DNA of 29,490 nt from a virus (taxonomy: Duplodnaviria; Caudoviricetes). Under the pieces are notes generated by a model that was not told where the DNA came from, did not search any database, and was given only the letters and a program-made list of their open reading frames with translations. Shown here in pieces: positions 1 to 8,087 of the stretch (position 1 is the stretch's first letter; the number at the start of each line of letters is the position of its first letter). Location of the stretch: positions 1 to 29,490 of IMG/VR virus record IMGVR_UViG_3300043410_001082. One strand, given 5' to 3'. The position numbers and the translations under genes were made by a program.

Positions 1-219
1 GCGAACTTTCTCTAAAATCCACGGAGTGGTTAGGAGATCGTATTCTAAATTATCTTTTCGAGCTTCTGCATCTTCAAACTTTTTATTGTCTTGTGCAATA
101 ATAGCTTCAAACATTTTGAGATAATCTCCGTTAATGGGTTCGTTCTTCTCAGCCTGACGCTTGAGATATCCTTCCTTTTGGAAAGTATGTCGTTTAGGGC
201 TTTTTGAAATCTTTGACAT
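1..219 (-). CDS. Hypothetical phage protein, N-terminal part (runs off the window edge)
   Basis: Open frame read manually from ATG at 219 (MSKISKSPKRHTFQKEGYL...NLEYDLLTTPWILEKVR) to base 1 with no stop. Overlaps the end of the upstream ORF; not in the supplied track. Confidence 0.7.
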   Translation of the reverse strand, partial: MSKISKSPKRHTFQKEGYLKRQAEKNEPINGDYLKMFEAIIAQDNKKFEDAEARKDNLEYDLLTTPWILEKVR

Positions 220-613
220 CTTTAACAGCAGCTTTTAAAGTTTCTGCATAGTTTAATGCTTGTTGTTCACTCATTGCAATAGTGCTTTGTGCTGTTACTG
301 CACCGGTGGTCCATAGTTGCCAAGTAACTTTTAAACGAGTCCAAAGGCCATTGATTAGATCTTTAGCAAACCAATCAAGTTCTTGCAACCAGGGACTATT
401 GATATCGTAACGCTTTTCGACCAGATCAGACCAGTAATCAGTTTTGACAGTAATATACAAGTTAACGTTGATACCAGTATCGGCTGCTTCTACTTCTACG
501 TTGTGATCATGGTACTCCTGACCACACCCGCAGACAACCTGATAGAACTTACTATCACCGTAGTCGCCTCTTTTCAAGATGCCTTCTGCTGGTGTTTGTG
601 ATTTCATGTCCAC
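194..613 (-). CDS. Hypothetical protein (CGC..H.H possible metal site)
   Basis: 139-aa ORF in a co-oriented, overlapping gene run. Confidence 0.7.
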   Translation of the reverse strand: MDMKSQTPAEGILKRGDYGDSKFYQVVCGCGQEYHDHNVEVEAADTGINVNLYITVKTDYWSDLVEKRYDINSPWLQELDWFAKDLINGLWTRLKVTWQLWTTGAVTAQSTIAMSEQQALNYAETLKAAVKDVKDFKKP

Positions 614-1407
614 AGTCCTCGTCTTACCTTGATCAACCGAATCATCATTTCTTCGTCCTCTTGCTCATATTGTTCTTCCATTGCATGACATTTGTCAAGA
701 GCTTCACGACTCAGGGCTTTATCTTCTGGAGTCTCGTCCTCGAAAAAGAGATCATCGTCGTCATTATTTTTTCTACGCTTTTCGCACAATGCACTCCAGC
801 CACTGGCTTCGTAAGGGTCTGGTCGTTGTGGGCGGATAGCTGTCCACCAAACGTACAAGTCGATTAGTTCTTTTGCATTGATAGCTTGTTGTGTAGGCCC
901 AGAATTGTCGTCCATCATCAATCCAGAAGCCCAAACAAGATAATCCATTCCGGCTTCTGGGCAACGCCAAGTTCTAAAACGAAAGAATGAGCGAGACCAG
1001 GGTATATTATATTTCTTACCTGCTTCTTCGCTCCACGCACAATGATGCCAGGCTTGCTCTACCTCAATAAAGTCAACAAGCTCGTTGAACATACAAGGCA
1101 AAAAGCGATTACCAACGTCACACCAAGAACCCGGAGAAATATCTCTAGGATGGGCAGTAAGAGCGTGACTATGACTAATATACCGATTATTGATATAATA
1201 TCGTAGATCATTGAGTTTGTCTCCTGGCCAGCTTACTATGTTTTGAAGTTTGTGAAGAAATTCTTCCGCTAACCAATAACGAAAGGGGTGTGCTGCCTTT
1301 GCTGCCTTTTTCCAGTTTCGCCAACCTTTGCTAGTCTCAGCACCGGGCTTTGGCGTTCCGCGAAGCCAGTCAGCAAACGATCCACATGTCCAATATCTTG
1401 CTCTCAT
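604..1407 (-). CDS. Hypothetical Trp-rich phage protein
   Basis: 267-aa ORF immediately downstream of a consensus sigma70 promoter. Confidence 0.8.
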   Translation of the reverse strand: MRARYWTCGSFADWLRGTPKPGAETSKGWRNWKKAAKAAHPFRYWLAEEFLHKLQNIVSWPGDKLNDLRYYINNRYISHSHALTAHPRDISPGSWCDVGNRFLPCMFNELVDFIEVEQAWHHCAWSEEAGKKYNIPWSRSFFRFRTWRCPEAGMDYLVWASGLMMDDNSGPTQQAINAKELIDLYVWWTAIRPQRPDPYEASGWSALCEKRRKNNDDDDLFFEDETPEDKALSREALDKCHAMEEQYEQEDEEMMIRLIKVRRGLWT

Positions 1408-1413
1408 ACGATA

Positions 1414-1442
1414 ATTATATAGTCAAAACAACAGCTTGTCAA
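1414..1442 (-). promoter_or_regulatory. sigma70-type promoter TTGACA-N17-TATAAT
   Basis: Perfect consensus on the minus strand. ATG at 1407 follows the -10 after a 6-nt spacer, implying a leaderless mRNA. Confidence 0.85.
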
Positions 1443-1446
1443 GATG

Positions 1447-1827
1447 TTAGAATTTTCTTTGATATCCTGCCAAATTAAGCAAAACACTGTAGTGCTCGTA
1501 GGCTTTCTTGATACCTTCATTTGAATTTCGAAGATGCAATTCTTCGCGTTCTTTTTCCATTAGTACTTCAAACATATCTCGCATTCCTTCCGAATTGCGA
1601 TGATTGTAAAAACGTTTTTCCAACTCTACCAATGTTTGTAACCTGCTTTCTGGTATTTGAATAGTGTATAACGTTTCAGTTCTAAAATCTTCTAAATCAT
1701 TTCTTACAAGATCTGCACGTTCTGGATCGCAAAAGAATGTTGGAGGACGATACCGAGCATATCGCCCAGTATCGTTAACTATTTTAACTTCGTAATTCTT
1801 ACAGAAGTTTTTTAGTTTTTCATCCAT
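1447..1827 (-). CDS. Hypothetical protein
   Basis: 126-aa ORF overlapping the thyX stop; C-terminal KKAYEHY motif. Confidence 0.75.
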   Translation of the reverse strand: MDEKLKNFCKNYEVKIVNDTGRYARYRPPTFFCDPERADLVRNDLEDFRTETLYTIQIPESRLQTLVELEKRFYNHRNSEGMRDMFEVLMEKEREELHLRNSNEGIKKAYEHYSVLLNLAGYQRKF

Positions 1828-2491
1828 TTGTGATCAAAGTTTCAGCCATTGGAAAGATTACAGCAATTGCTTTAGCACAGGCCAATGCAACTAGTTGATG
1901 CTCTTTCTGTGTACCGTTTGCTGAACGCAACGTAATAAAATGAATCCAGGAACGCAAGGTACCGTTCATGTACATTCGGCTTACAGTGTTGCCTTCTGGC
2001 AGAACTACGCGAGCTTGTTCTTTAGCAATACCTTTGCTAACAGCCCAGGTATATTGTTCTTTTACAAGATCGATGACTAGCTGTTGACGACGATGCCATT
2101 CTGCTTCGAGCTCAGGATCATCAGTTTCGATGCTATTCTGTCTATTCTTGGTGTCCTGAAGTCTTGCCTCTCGCAATACAAATTCAAGATCCTTTGTTGG
2201 ATCAGCGTATCGTTGTGAGTACTCCTGGAAGCTAAAACTTCTGTGACGCAAGATTTGTCTTGCAATGTCACGAGTTGTTTCGATTTCCACGCAAGCTGAA
2301 ACCATTTCAAGTGGTGACCAGTGTTGGTGTTTAACCAAATACTTGATTAATTTCTCAGATGTCTCTGTGTTAAATTGGTTTGAAGGATTGCTGACCCTAG
2401 CACAATATGCAATTAGTTCTTGTGCATCGTCGATGCCTTGGTTAGCAAAATCTTCTGTTGGTTGACTGTATGATAAAAGTCTAACGTTCAT
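1820..2491 (-). CDS. thyX: FAD-dependent thymidylate synthase
   Basis: Signature RHRSFSFQEYSQRY, plus ARVS, HWSPLE and KEQARVVLP motifs. Confidence 0.96.
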   Translation of the reverse strand: MNVRLLSYSQPTEDFANQGIDDAQELIAYCARVSNPSNQFNTETSEKLIKYLVKHQHWSPLEMVSACVEIETTRDIARQILRHRSFSFQEYSQRYADPTKDLEFVLREARLQDTKNRQNSIETDDPELEAEWHRRQQLVIDLVKEQYTWAVSKGIAKEQARVVLPEGNTVSRMYMNGTLRSWIHFITLRSANGTQKEHQLVALACAKAIAVIFPMAETLITNG

Positions 2492-3018
2492 TCTTTGTCT
2501 TCTTCTGGTTCATCAAAACAAAGGCTTTCCATTGTTTTGTAATGTTCGTAGGCTTTTTTAAGAGCTTCGAACTTTGCTAGTTTTTCTGGGTCTGGCACTA
2601 GTATAGCCAGTCGTTGCTCCATCTTTGTCATAAAGTCTTTTAAACTTTTGCCATCAATTTTTACATCGGCTCCTGCTGTTAAATCTATTCCGTTAGTATC
2701 GATATTAACATTTTTAGATGTAGGACCCCCTGCACCGGCTATGGTATAATAACTGCCCCCACTAGTACCATTCCAACTGTTAGAAGTTGTAATGCCGCCT
2801 ACAGTCATTCCTGAACTATAAGTAGGCGATGTTAGAGTTCCTAACGAATAACCTGCACCGGCGCCAGTAATAGTAATAGTGTCAATAGTTGAAATAGTGG
2901 TCGATCCCTGAGCACCGTAGCCACCTAGATCTATCACCATGTCGTTTATGTCTAACGTATCAGTAACCGACCCAGACTGGGCCGATTCTAATATCTTTGA
3001 CTGTTCGTCAGTTAGCAC
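2488..3018 (-). CDS. Hypothetical protein with G/S/T-rich low-complexity N-half and helical C-terminus
   Basis: Track ORF is 2488-3069. An in-frame GTG at 3018, just after the upstream stop, avoids a 50-nt overlap. ATGA overlap with thyX. Confidence 0.7.
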   Translation of the reverse strand: MLTDEQSKILESAQSGSVTDTLDINDMVIDLGGYGAQGSTTISTIDTITITGAGAGYSLGTLTSPTYSSGMTVGGITTSNSWNGTSGGSYYTIAGAGGPTSKNVNIDTNGIDLTAGADVKIDGKSLKDFMTKMEQRLAILVPDPEKLAKFEALKKAYEHYKTMESLCFDEPEEDKE

Positions 3019-3019
3019 T

Positions 3020-3214
3020 TTAGCTTGCCTTGGCTTCTTTACGTGCGTTCTTTTCTTCAGTGATTTCATTGCGACGGGCCTTTACACCTTTTGCAACTTC
3101 TTGTAGGGCTTTACGTGCTCTTGTTCCTGCTGCACCGTTACCTGCTGTAAATTTCGCATCTTCTGCTAAGAATGCTTCGAAGTCTGCTTTTAATTGTTCT
3201 ACTGTATTTGACAT
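3020..3214 (-). CDS. Small basic Hc1/histone H1-like family protein
   Basis: 64 aa with the GNGAAGTRARKAL motif typical of short Hc1-like proteins; AAGGA Shine-Dalgarno upstream. Confidence 0.7.
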   Translation of the reverse strand: MSNTVEQLKADFEAFLAEDAKFTAGNGAAGTRARKALQEVAKGVKARRNEITEEKNARKEAKAS

Positions 3215-3254
3215 ATGGTTTCCTTATAATATGTATTCTACTTATAAAAGTATT

Positions 3255-3365
3255 TGGTGTGGTCGGTAGGTTTCGAACCTACAAAGGCTGCGTCTACGAC
3301 TGCGCCCCAACACCAGCTTTCCAAAAAGGAGAAGCGGCAGGTCTGCCAATTCCACTCACGACCAC
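3255..3365 (-). tRNA. Non-canonical 111-nt tRNA-like RNA (Leu-like body, no standard anticodon loop)
   Basis: Perfect acceptor stem GTGGTCG/CGACCAC followed by A-CCA. T arm GTAGG-TTCGAAA-CCTAC. Leu-type D region GGAATTGGCAGAC and a long variable hairpin. Anticodon arm extended and capped by TTTTT. Confidence 0.8.
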
Positions 3366-3371
3366 AAGTAT

Positions 3372-3400
3372 ATTATATAACCTAGATTGCAATTATACAA
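3372..3400 (-). promoter_or_regulatory. sigma70-type promoter for the tRNA-like RNA (TTGTAT-N17-TATAAT)
   Basis: The -10 is separated from the first acceptor-stem G (3365) by 6 nt. Confidence 0.65.
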
Positions 3401-3496
3401 CAGATTATTGCTCATTTTTGACAAAATCCAAAGCCACAAATTTGTTGTACGAAAACTACACAGGATATATATTGTACTTTTTATTAAGGAGTTTAC

Positions 3497-4060
3497 ATGA
3501 AAAAGCTATTAGCTATTTTAACGCTATCATTATTATCAATCGGCACAACCTTTGCTGCAACCGGCACAATTGAATATCAAGATGTTACTGGTGTACAAGG
3601 AACAGCAGATTCACGGAACTATCGTTTAGGCATTTCGGAAAAGATTAACAATAACTTCTCTGGAGATGTAAGCATGGTTACTACTGCTAAAGAAAGTAAT
3701 GGTTCAGTATCTAGCTCACGCCTAGAAGGCGGCCTAACAGGTTCTGCATCTTACGGATTGTTTAAGCCATACGTTCGAGTAGCAACTGGACAGAAGTTTA
3801 CAACCACAACAAACTTTACATACTACTCAGTTGAACCAGGCGTTTCAATGCCAATTGCAAATACTGGCTTTACTGCTAAGTTAGGTTGGAGGTATCGTAA
3901 TGCGTATGACTCCGCAGCAAATGCTGATGAAACTAAAACATGGAGAACTACACTGTCGTATGCTATTACTCCACGAGACAGTGTTGCAGTAAGATTTGAT
4001 CGCGTTCGCGGTGATCTTAATCAAGACATCTGGGTAATGGGATATAGCCGATCATTCTAA
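3497..4060 (+). CDS. Small outer-membrane beta-barrel / porin-like protein
   Basis: Signal peptide MKKLLAILTLSLLSIGTTFA, amphipathic beta strands, C-terminal YSRSF Bam-type signature, AAGGAG Shine-Dalgarno. Confidence 0.8.
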   Translation: MKKLLAILTLSLLSIGTTFAATGTIEYQDVTGVQGTADSRNYRLGISEKINNNFSGDVSMVTTAKESNGSVSSSRLEGGLTGSASYGLFKPYVRVATGQKFTTTTNFTYYSVEPGVSMPIANTGFTAKLGWRYRNAYDSAANADETKTWRTTLSYAITPRDSVAVRFDRVRGDLNQDIWVMGYSRSF

Positions 4061-4074
4061 TGTAAGTATCCAAT

Positions 4075-4103
4075 AAAAAAGGACCCCTGGGGTCCTTTTT
4101 TTT
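4075..4103. terminator. Bidirectional intrinsic terminator
   Basis: A6-GGACCC-CTG-GGGTCC-T8 between convergent genes. Confidence 0.9.
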
Positions 4104-4115
4104 AATCTAAAAAAA

Positions 4116-4421
4116 TTAAACTACTTCAAACTTCCTAGGCTCGGTAGTAATTCCGCAAGATTGATGATATTCCTCAACCCTAGCCATATGATTTACAACA
4201 CCCAGATTGTTTGAATATACGTTAAACTGTTCTTCACTATCCCAAGTATTTTCGATAGTTAGGGTTAAACCCTCGACGCCCTTAATGACCCTACGCAGTT
4301 CCATCATGTATATTTGTTGACAGTCGATGTATTGCTGAGAATACTTGCCAAAAAACCACTGGATATGCCAAGGCACTCCTAAATTTGGGCGTGTATAAAC
4401 GGTAGTTACTTTAAATGCCAT
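4116..4421 (-). CDS. Hypothetical protein, possible dimeric alpha/beta barrel (ABM/EthD-like)
   Basis: 101 aa. TWDSEEQF resembles the W-x-S-x-E motif of this fold; the fold call is weak. Confidence 0.55.
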   Translation of the reverse strand: MAFKVTTVYTRPNLGVPWHIQWFFGKYSQQYIDCQQIYMMELRRVIKGVEGLTLTIENTWDSEEQFNVYSNNLGVVNHMARVEEYHQSCGITTEPRKFEVV

Positions 4422-4448
4422 AATAGTTCCTGTAAGATATTACTGCGT

Positions 4449-5237
4449 TTATTTATCACCAATTCTGTGAATGCTGTCCTTGCTGCAAGAACGCAATATC
4501 TCGTCAGTTTCGTCGGTGCGAACTGCTGTTAGCACAAAGATAGTCCTAGGAACTCGACTCATGTTAACTGTTCCGTGAGGAACGTTGAGTGTATCAAAGA
4601 TATGAATATCTCCCGCTTTCCAACCCGTGTGTACATAGTTGCCGTATTGCATAAGTTGACCGGGCTCGTAATCTTGTAAGTGAATAATCATCCTAGTTAA
4701 CTTATGCGGTGCTGCTGGATATCTGTGCCATAACTTATCAATGTGCATAGGAAATGTTTGTCCAGGCATCTGAGTATGAATCCTAGTCCTACAACGTTTT
4801 AGTTTCCAGTAATCTGCCATTTGTTTTAGAACAGGAATATCTGTAATTTTAGGTTCTGGGACAACTTGTGTAAATTCAATGCCGCCGAACTTGTCTCTGT
4901 CATATTCTTCTTGTCCGTGCATTGGACTAATTCCACCCGGAAATCCGGGGTGAGCCTGTTTCGTGGTTAATTCATTCCATCCAACATTTTTTGATTCTTG
5001 TTCAAGCCAGGGTAATAATTCTTCTACAGACTTTCGTTGTTCTTCAGTCCATTCGAATCTTCCCAATAGATTAAAGTACTCTCCTTCCGGATCTTCCTTC
5101 CATTTATCAAAGTGATAGTTGCAAAACTTTTCCTTGAGGTACTCATAGTTGCTTTCATAATCTACAGCGTCCTGATATTGAAAGTCTAGGGGTATAGATT
5201 TAAACTTTGCACGATCTTCGTATTTTTTCGGATCCAT
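4449..5237 (-). CDS. Fe(II)/2OG-dependent oxygenase (AspH-like)
   Basis: PMHID (HxD) ... FDTLNVPHGTVN...PR: metal triad plus distal Arg. Confidence 0.8.
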   Translation of the reverse strand: MDPKKYEDRAKFKSIPLDFQYQDAVDYESNYEYLKEKFCNYHFDKWKEDPEGEYFNLLGRFEWTEEQRKSVEELLPWLEQESKNVGWNELTTKQAHPGFPGGISPMHGQEEYDRDKFGGIEFTQVVPEPKITDIPVLKQMADYWKLKRCRTRIHTQMPGQTFPMHIDKLWHRYPAAPHKLTRMIIHLQDYEPGQLMQYGNYVHTGWKAGDIHIFDTLNVPHGTVNMSRVPRTIFVLTAVRTDETDEILRSCSKDSIHRIGDK

Positions 5238-5425
5238 TAATTTTCCTTTGCTTCATAACCAATAACAATAAGCCAGTCAACTAAGTCTGTCTCATCCTCG
5301 TCGAGAGTCCCGTTTATTCCATCATACGAATAAAGGACCTTACACCTAGGACGAGTTGCGTCTTCGGGAGGAAGAACTCCTTCCTTCCAGTTTCTTGTTT
5401 TAAATTTAGATGTATCAATAGCCAT
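5237..5425 (-). CDS. Small hypothetical protein
   Basis: 62 aa. TAATG overlap with the downstream oxygenase and 4 nt from the TctC stop. Confidence 0.7.
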   Translation of the reverse strand: MAIDTSKFKTRNWKEGVLPPEDATRPRCKVLYSYDGINGTLDEDETDLVDWLIVIGYEAKEN

Positions 5426-5429
5426 TTAT

Positions 5430-6362
5430 TTACTTCATTTCAATATTGTATTTTTTGAAGCCATCAGCTTGGTGTTGTATCATACTGTTGACATGATCAG
5501 CATTTCCGATATCTTTACCAATGAATGCTTTTTGCAATGCTTCGTCTGTCTCTTTTAAACTTAGATATTCTTTCCATATTGCGGTCCAGGCTTTAATAAT
5601 TCTCTCATCAGTACCAGGTGGTAGACCTACAAAGAAAATTTCACCATGCCTCCAGTTAGGGATACGTTTTTTAATATCGAGTGTTCCTGGCGGCAATGTA
5701 TTAGGGTTTGATGCAAATCCAAAAACAATCTTAACTTTTCCAGACTCTAATAACGGTTTAACAGTACTCATAGGACTAAACGCAAACGGCAGATGCCCTC
5801 CTACAACATCTCTTGCAGAATCTATACTGGTTTTATAAGGGACCAATAACGGCACAGAAGCATTAACAGCGTTAGAAAATTGATGAGCCATAAGAACATT
5901 AGATACCGCGTGCCAGCCTATTTTAATATCTGTATCTCCTGCCTTTAAACCTTTAACAAAATCTTCATACTTTTCGTATTTGTTTCCAGGTTGAGTGATA
6001 ATAACATTAGCAACACCGCCAGTGGATATAATTGGTTCAATTACTTTTTGGCCTAATCTTTTTTCTGCTAGCCAAGAATTGCTAGTTGAGTTCATCATAA
6101 TAACAGATCCGTCCTTAGGACCTGATAAAAATTCTTGTGCAGCAATTGAACTGTTAGCTCCGGGCTTGTATGAGATTTGCATCTGTACTCCCTTGCTAGC
6201 CATAAATTTTTCAAACGGTTGGTATTGTACATCAACAATTCCTCCGGGTCCGTATGGATTTAAAAATGTAATATTCTTAGGGATTTCTTGATACGGGTTA
6301 GCTCCTGCAGATAGAATAGTGAACGATGCAACAAATGCTGCCATTATTTTTATTAATGTCAT
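5430..6362 (-). CDS. Bug/TctC family tripartite tricarboxylate transporter substrate-binding protein
   Basis: Signal peptide; PYGPGGIVD, KPGANSSIA, DG, VPYK and VVGGH motifs. Confidence 0.88.
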   Translation of the reverse strand: MTLIKIMAAFVASFTILSAGANPYQEIPKNITFLNPYGPGGIVDVQYQPFEKFMASKGVQMQISYKPGANSSIAAQEFLSGPKDGSVIMMNSTSNSWLAEKRLGQKVIEPIISTGGVANVIITQPGNKYEKYEDFVKGLKAGDTDIKIGWHAVSNVLMAHQFSNAVNASVPLLVPYKTSIDSARDVVGGHLPFAFSPMSTVKPLLESGKVKIVFGFASNPNTLPPGTLDIKKRIPNWRHGEIFFVGLPPGTDERIIKAWTAIWKEYLSLKETDEALQKAFIGKDIGNADHVNSMIQHQADGFKKYNIEMK

Positions 6363-6385
6363 GGTTTTCCTTGATTGTATAACGG

Positions 6386-6391
6386 TATTTA
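6386..6391 (-). promoter_or_regulatory. TAAATA late-promoter-like motif
   Basis: TAAATACCGTT upstream of the tctC-like Shine-Dalgarno; the identical 11-mer occurs at 7571-7581. Confidence 0.55.
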
Positions 6392-7570
6392 ATTGAGATC
6401 CAACAAGTGAAATAATTTTGTATGTATGGGTCTGAGTAGTTTAACGCGATCGCTAATCACTGTAAGATAATTATTGTGTATGCCGTCTGCTACGTGTACC
6501 ATGGCAGTTTCCCAATTCTTTCTTAGTTGCTCCATTTCGGGATGTTCGAATACCCAGAAGAACCAATCACTTCTCGAAATGTTAGGTTTTCCTGCTTGGA
6601 ATTTATTTAAATCCCAGGATTCTTTATACAAAATCCTTTTATGTATTTCTCCCTGGTCCGTAAATTGTTTTAGATAATCAGCATCAGACATTCCTGATCT
6701 TTCCGTAATTACATTTTGATTCTCTTTGTTGTGTTTAAACCAAAGTGCAGATTGGTATGCTTGTTCTACCGGCAGCATTGGAATTTCCGGACTCCAGTAA
6801 AATGCCTCTACACGTTCCTCTAATTTCTGTCGAGGCATAATAGCAGTGTCCCAAACACCATCCATAAATTGAAACCAAATAGCATTATCTTTAAAATATA
6901 AAACTGGTTTTTCAATTCCAAAAATGTGTCCAATATTATTAGACTTTACTTGACTCATTGCTGTTTCTATCTTTGGATCAACGTGCCACAGCGTACTAGC
7001 TAGCCCGCCTCTTGCAATGCTGGTAAATTTTATACGAGATTCGATATGATCAGCATCTAATAATCGATCAGTAAGATTCGATCCGTAGTCAACTATGTTT
7101 ATTTTAATTTCCGGATGATACTGTTTGAGATAGTCTAATGTGGGTTTAATAGCAAAGTCCCATTCGCTTGGACTATTCCTAGCAGATTTGTCCTGGACGT
7201 TAGGAGTATAGAACTTTCCGTCCACTAATGGCTTTGGCCATCTTACTGTAACTTCGTCTAATTTTATGTTGTTAGATAAAAACGTATGTAATATGTTATG
7301 GCTATCAGAGCCTCCAGAATAATGTAAAACTAGATAGCTGTACTTGTCTCGTAATTGTTGGGCACGGTCTTTGTAAAGTGTTGTTAACGGAATTTTTCCT
7401 AGAAGAGATTTATCTATTCCATCCCATACATGGTTGTGAAAATAATAATAGACTTTTGGATTTCCGTTACTACTAGCATATTGCAATGCTTCTAGTTTTG
7501 AAGTAAACGGAATTTTGTTAACAAACCAGCAACCGTATTTGCTGTTTAAAATTGGAGGAACATTATTCAC
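6389..7570 (-). CDS. PP-loop (adenine nucleotide alpha hydrolase superfamily) ATP pyrophosphatase, subtype A
   Basis: LHYSGGSDSHNIL; paralog of 8032-9192. Start moved from 7654 to the in-frame GTG at 7570, 5 nt after TAAATA, which removes the divergent overlap. Confidence 0.8.
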   Translation of the reverse strand: MNNVPPILNSKYGCWFVNKIPFTSKLEALQYASSNGNPKVYYYFHNHVWDGIDKSLLGKIPLTTLYKDRAQQLRDKYSYLVLHYSGGSDSHNILHTFLSNNIKLDEVTVRWPKPLVDGKFYTPNVQDKSARNSPSEWDFAIKPTLDYLKQYHPEIKINIVDYGSNLTDRLLDADHIESRIKFTSIARGGLASTLWHVDPKIETAMSQVKSNNIGHIFGIEKPVLYFKDNAIWFQFMDGVWDTAIMPRQKLEERVEAFYWSPEIPMLPVEQAYQSALWFKHNKENQNVITERSGMSDADYLKQFTDQGEIHKRILYKESWDLNKFQAGKPNISRSDWFFWVFEHPEMEQLRKNWETAMVHVADGIHNNYLTVISDRVKLLRPIHTKLFHLLDLN

Positions 7571-7575
7571 AACGG

Positions 7576-7604
7576 TATTTATGGATTGCATTTTAAGATA
7601 AATA
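7576..7604. promoter_or_regulatory. Divergent TAAATA pair
   Basis: Minus strand 7576-7581 and plus strand 7599-7604. Confidence 0.6.
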
Positions 7605-7622
7605 TTTTCTTTAAGGATTAGT

Positions 7623-8087
7623 ATGCAATATACAGAGACACAATCTCGAAGCATAGCAAAGACACTGACTATTCGAGTATTATTCTCACTTAGTCACTTG
7701 ATTAACGGATTTATTGTATCCGGATCTTGGATTATTGGTGCTCAAATTTTAGGTGTAGCAGCAGTTATTAATATGTGCTTGCATTGGTTACACGAACGAG
7801 TTTGGAATTGGGCACAGTGGAATCGCAAGCCCGGCGACACAAATATGTTTGTTGACGGCCAACCCAGAACAATTAGCAAGTCGATTACCTGGCGAATTTT
7901 AATTACATTTAATAATTTTATGATCCCGTACCTAATGACCGGCTCTTGGAAAGCTGCCGCAGCGTTTCTAACCATAGCAACGTTTATGAACATTGCAATT
8001 TACTACTTACACGAACGTGCCTGGAATAGGGTTACTTGGGGTAAGTCCGTATCGGACCAACCAGATACGTCTGAGACAGAGAAATAA
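7623..8087 (+). CDS. Tandem DUF2061 membrane protein
   Basis: Two repeats: RSIAKTLTIR...HERVWNWAQW and RTISKSITWR...HERAWNRVTWG. Confidence 0.85.
   Translation: MQYTETQSRSIAKTLTIRVLFSLSHLINGFIVSGSWIIGAQILGVAAVINMCLHWLHERVWNWAQWNRKPGDTNMFVDGQPRTISKSITWRILITFNNFMIPYLMTGSWKAAAAFLTIATFMNIAIYYLHERAWNRVTWGKSVSDQPDTSETEK

Noticed and set aside
3255-3365. Suppressor tRNA / alternative genetic code, or tRNA-Sec
   Set aside because: No CTA/TCA anticodon in a 7-nt loop, the acceptor stem is 7 bp, and ORFs are intact and tightly packed under the standard code.
3172-3573. 133-aa plus-strand ORF
   Set aside because: Spans the tRNA-like gene and its promoter, and overlaps genes on both sides.
5237-5425. 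MbtH-like protein or RiPP precursor
   Set aside because: Lacks the MbtH Trp/Pro spacing; no NRPS, leader peptidase or RRE seen.
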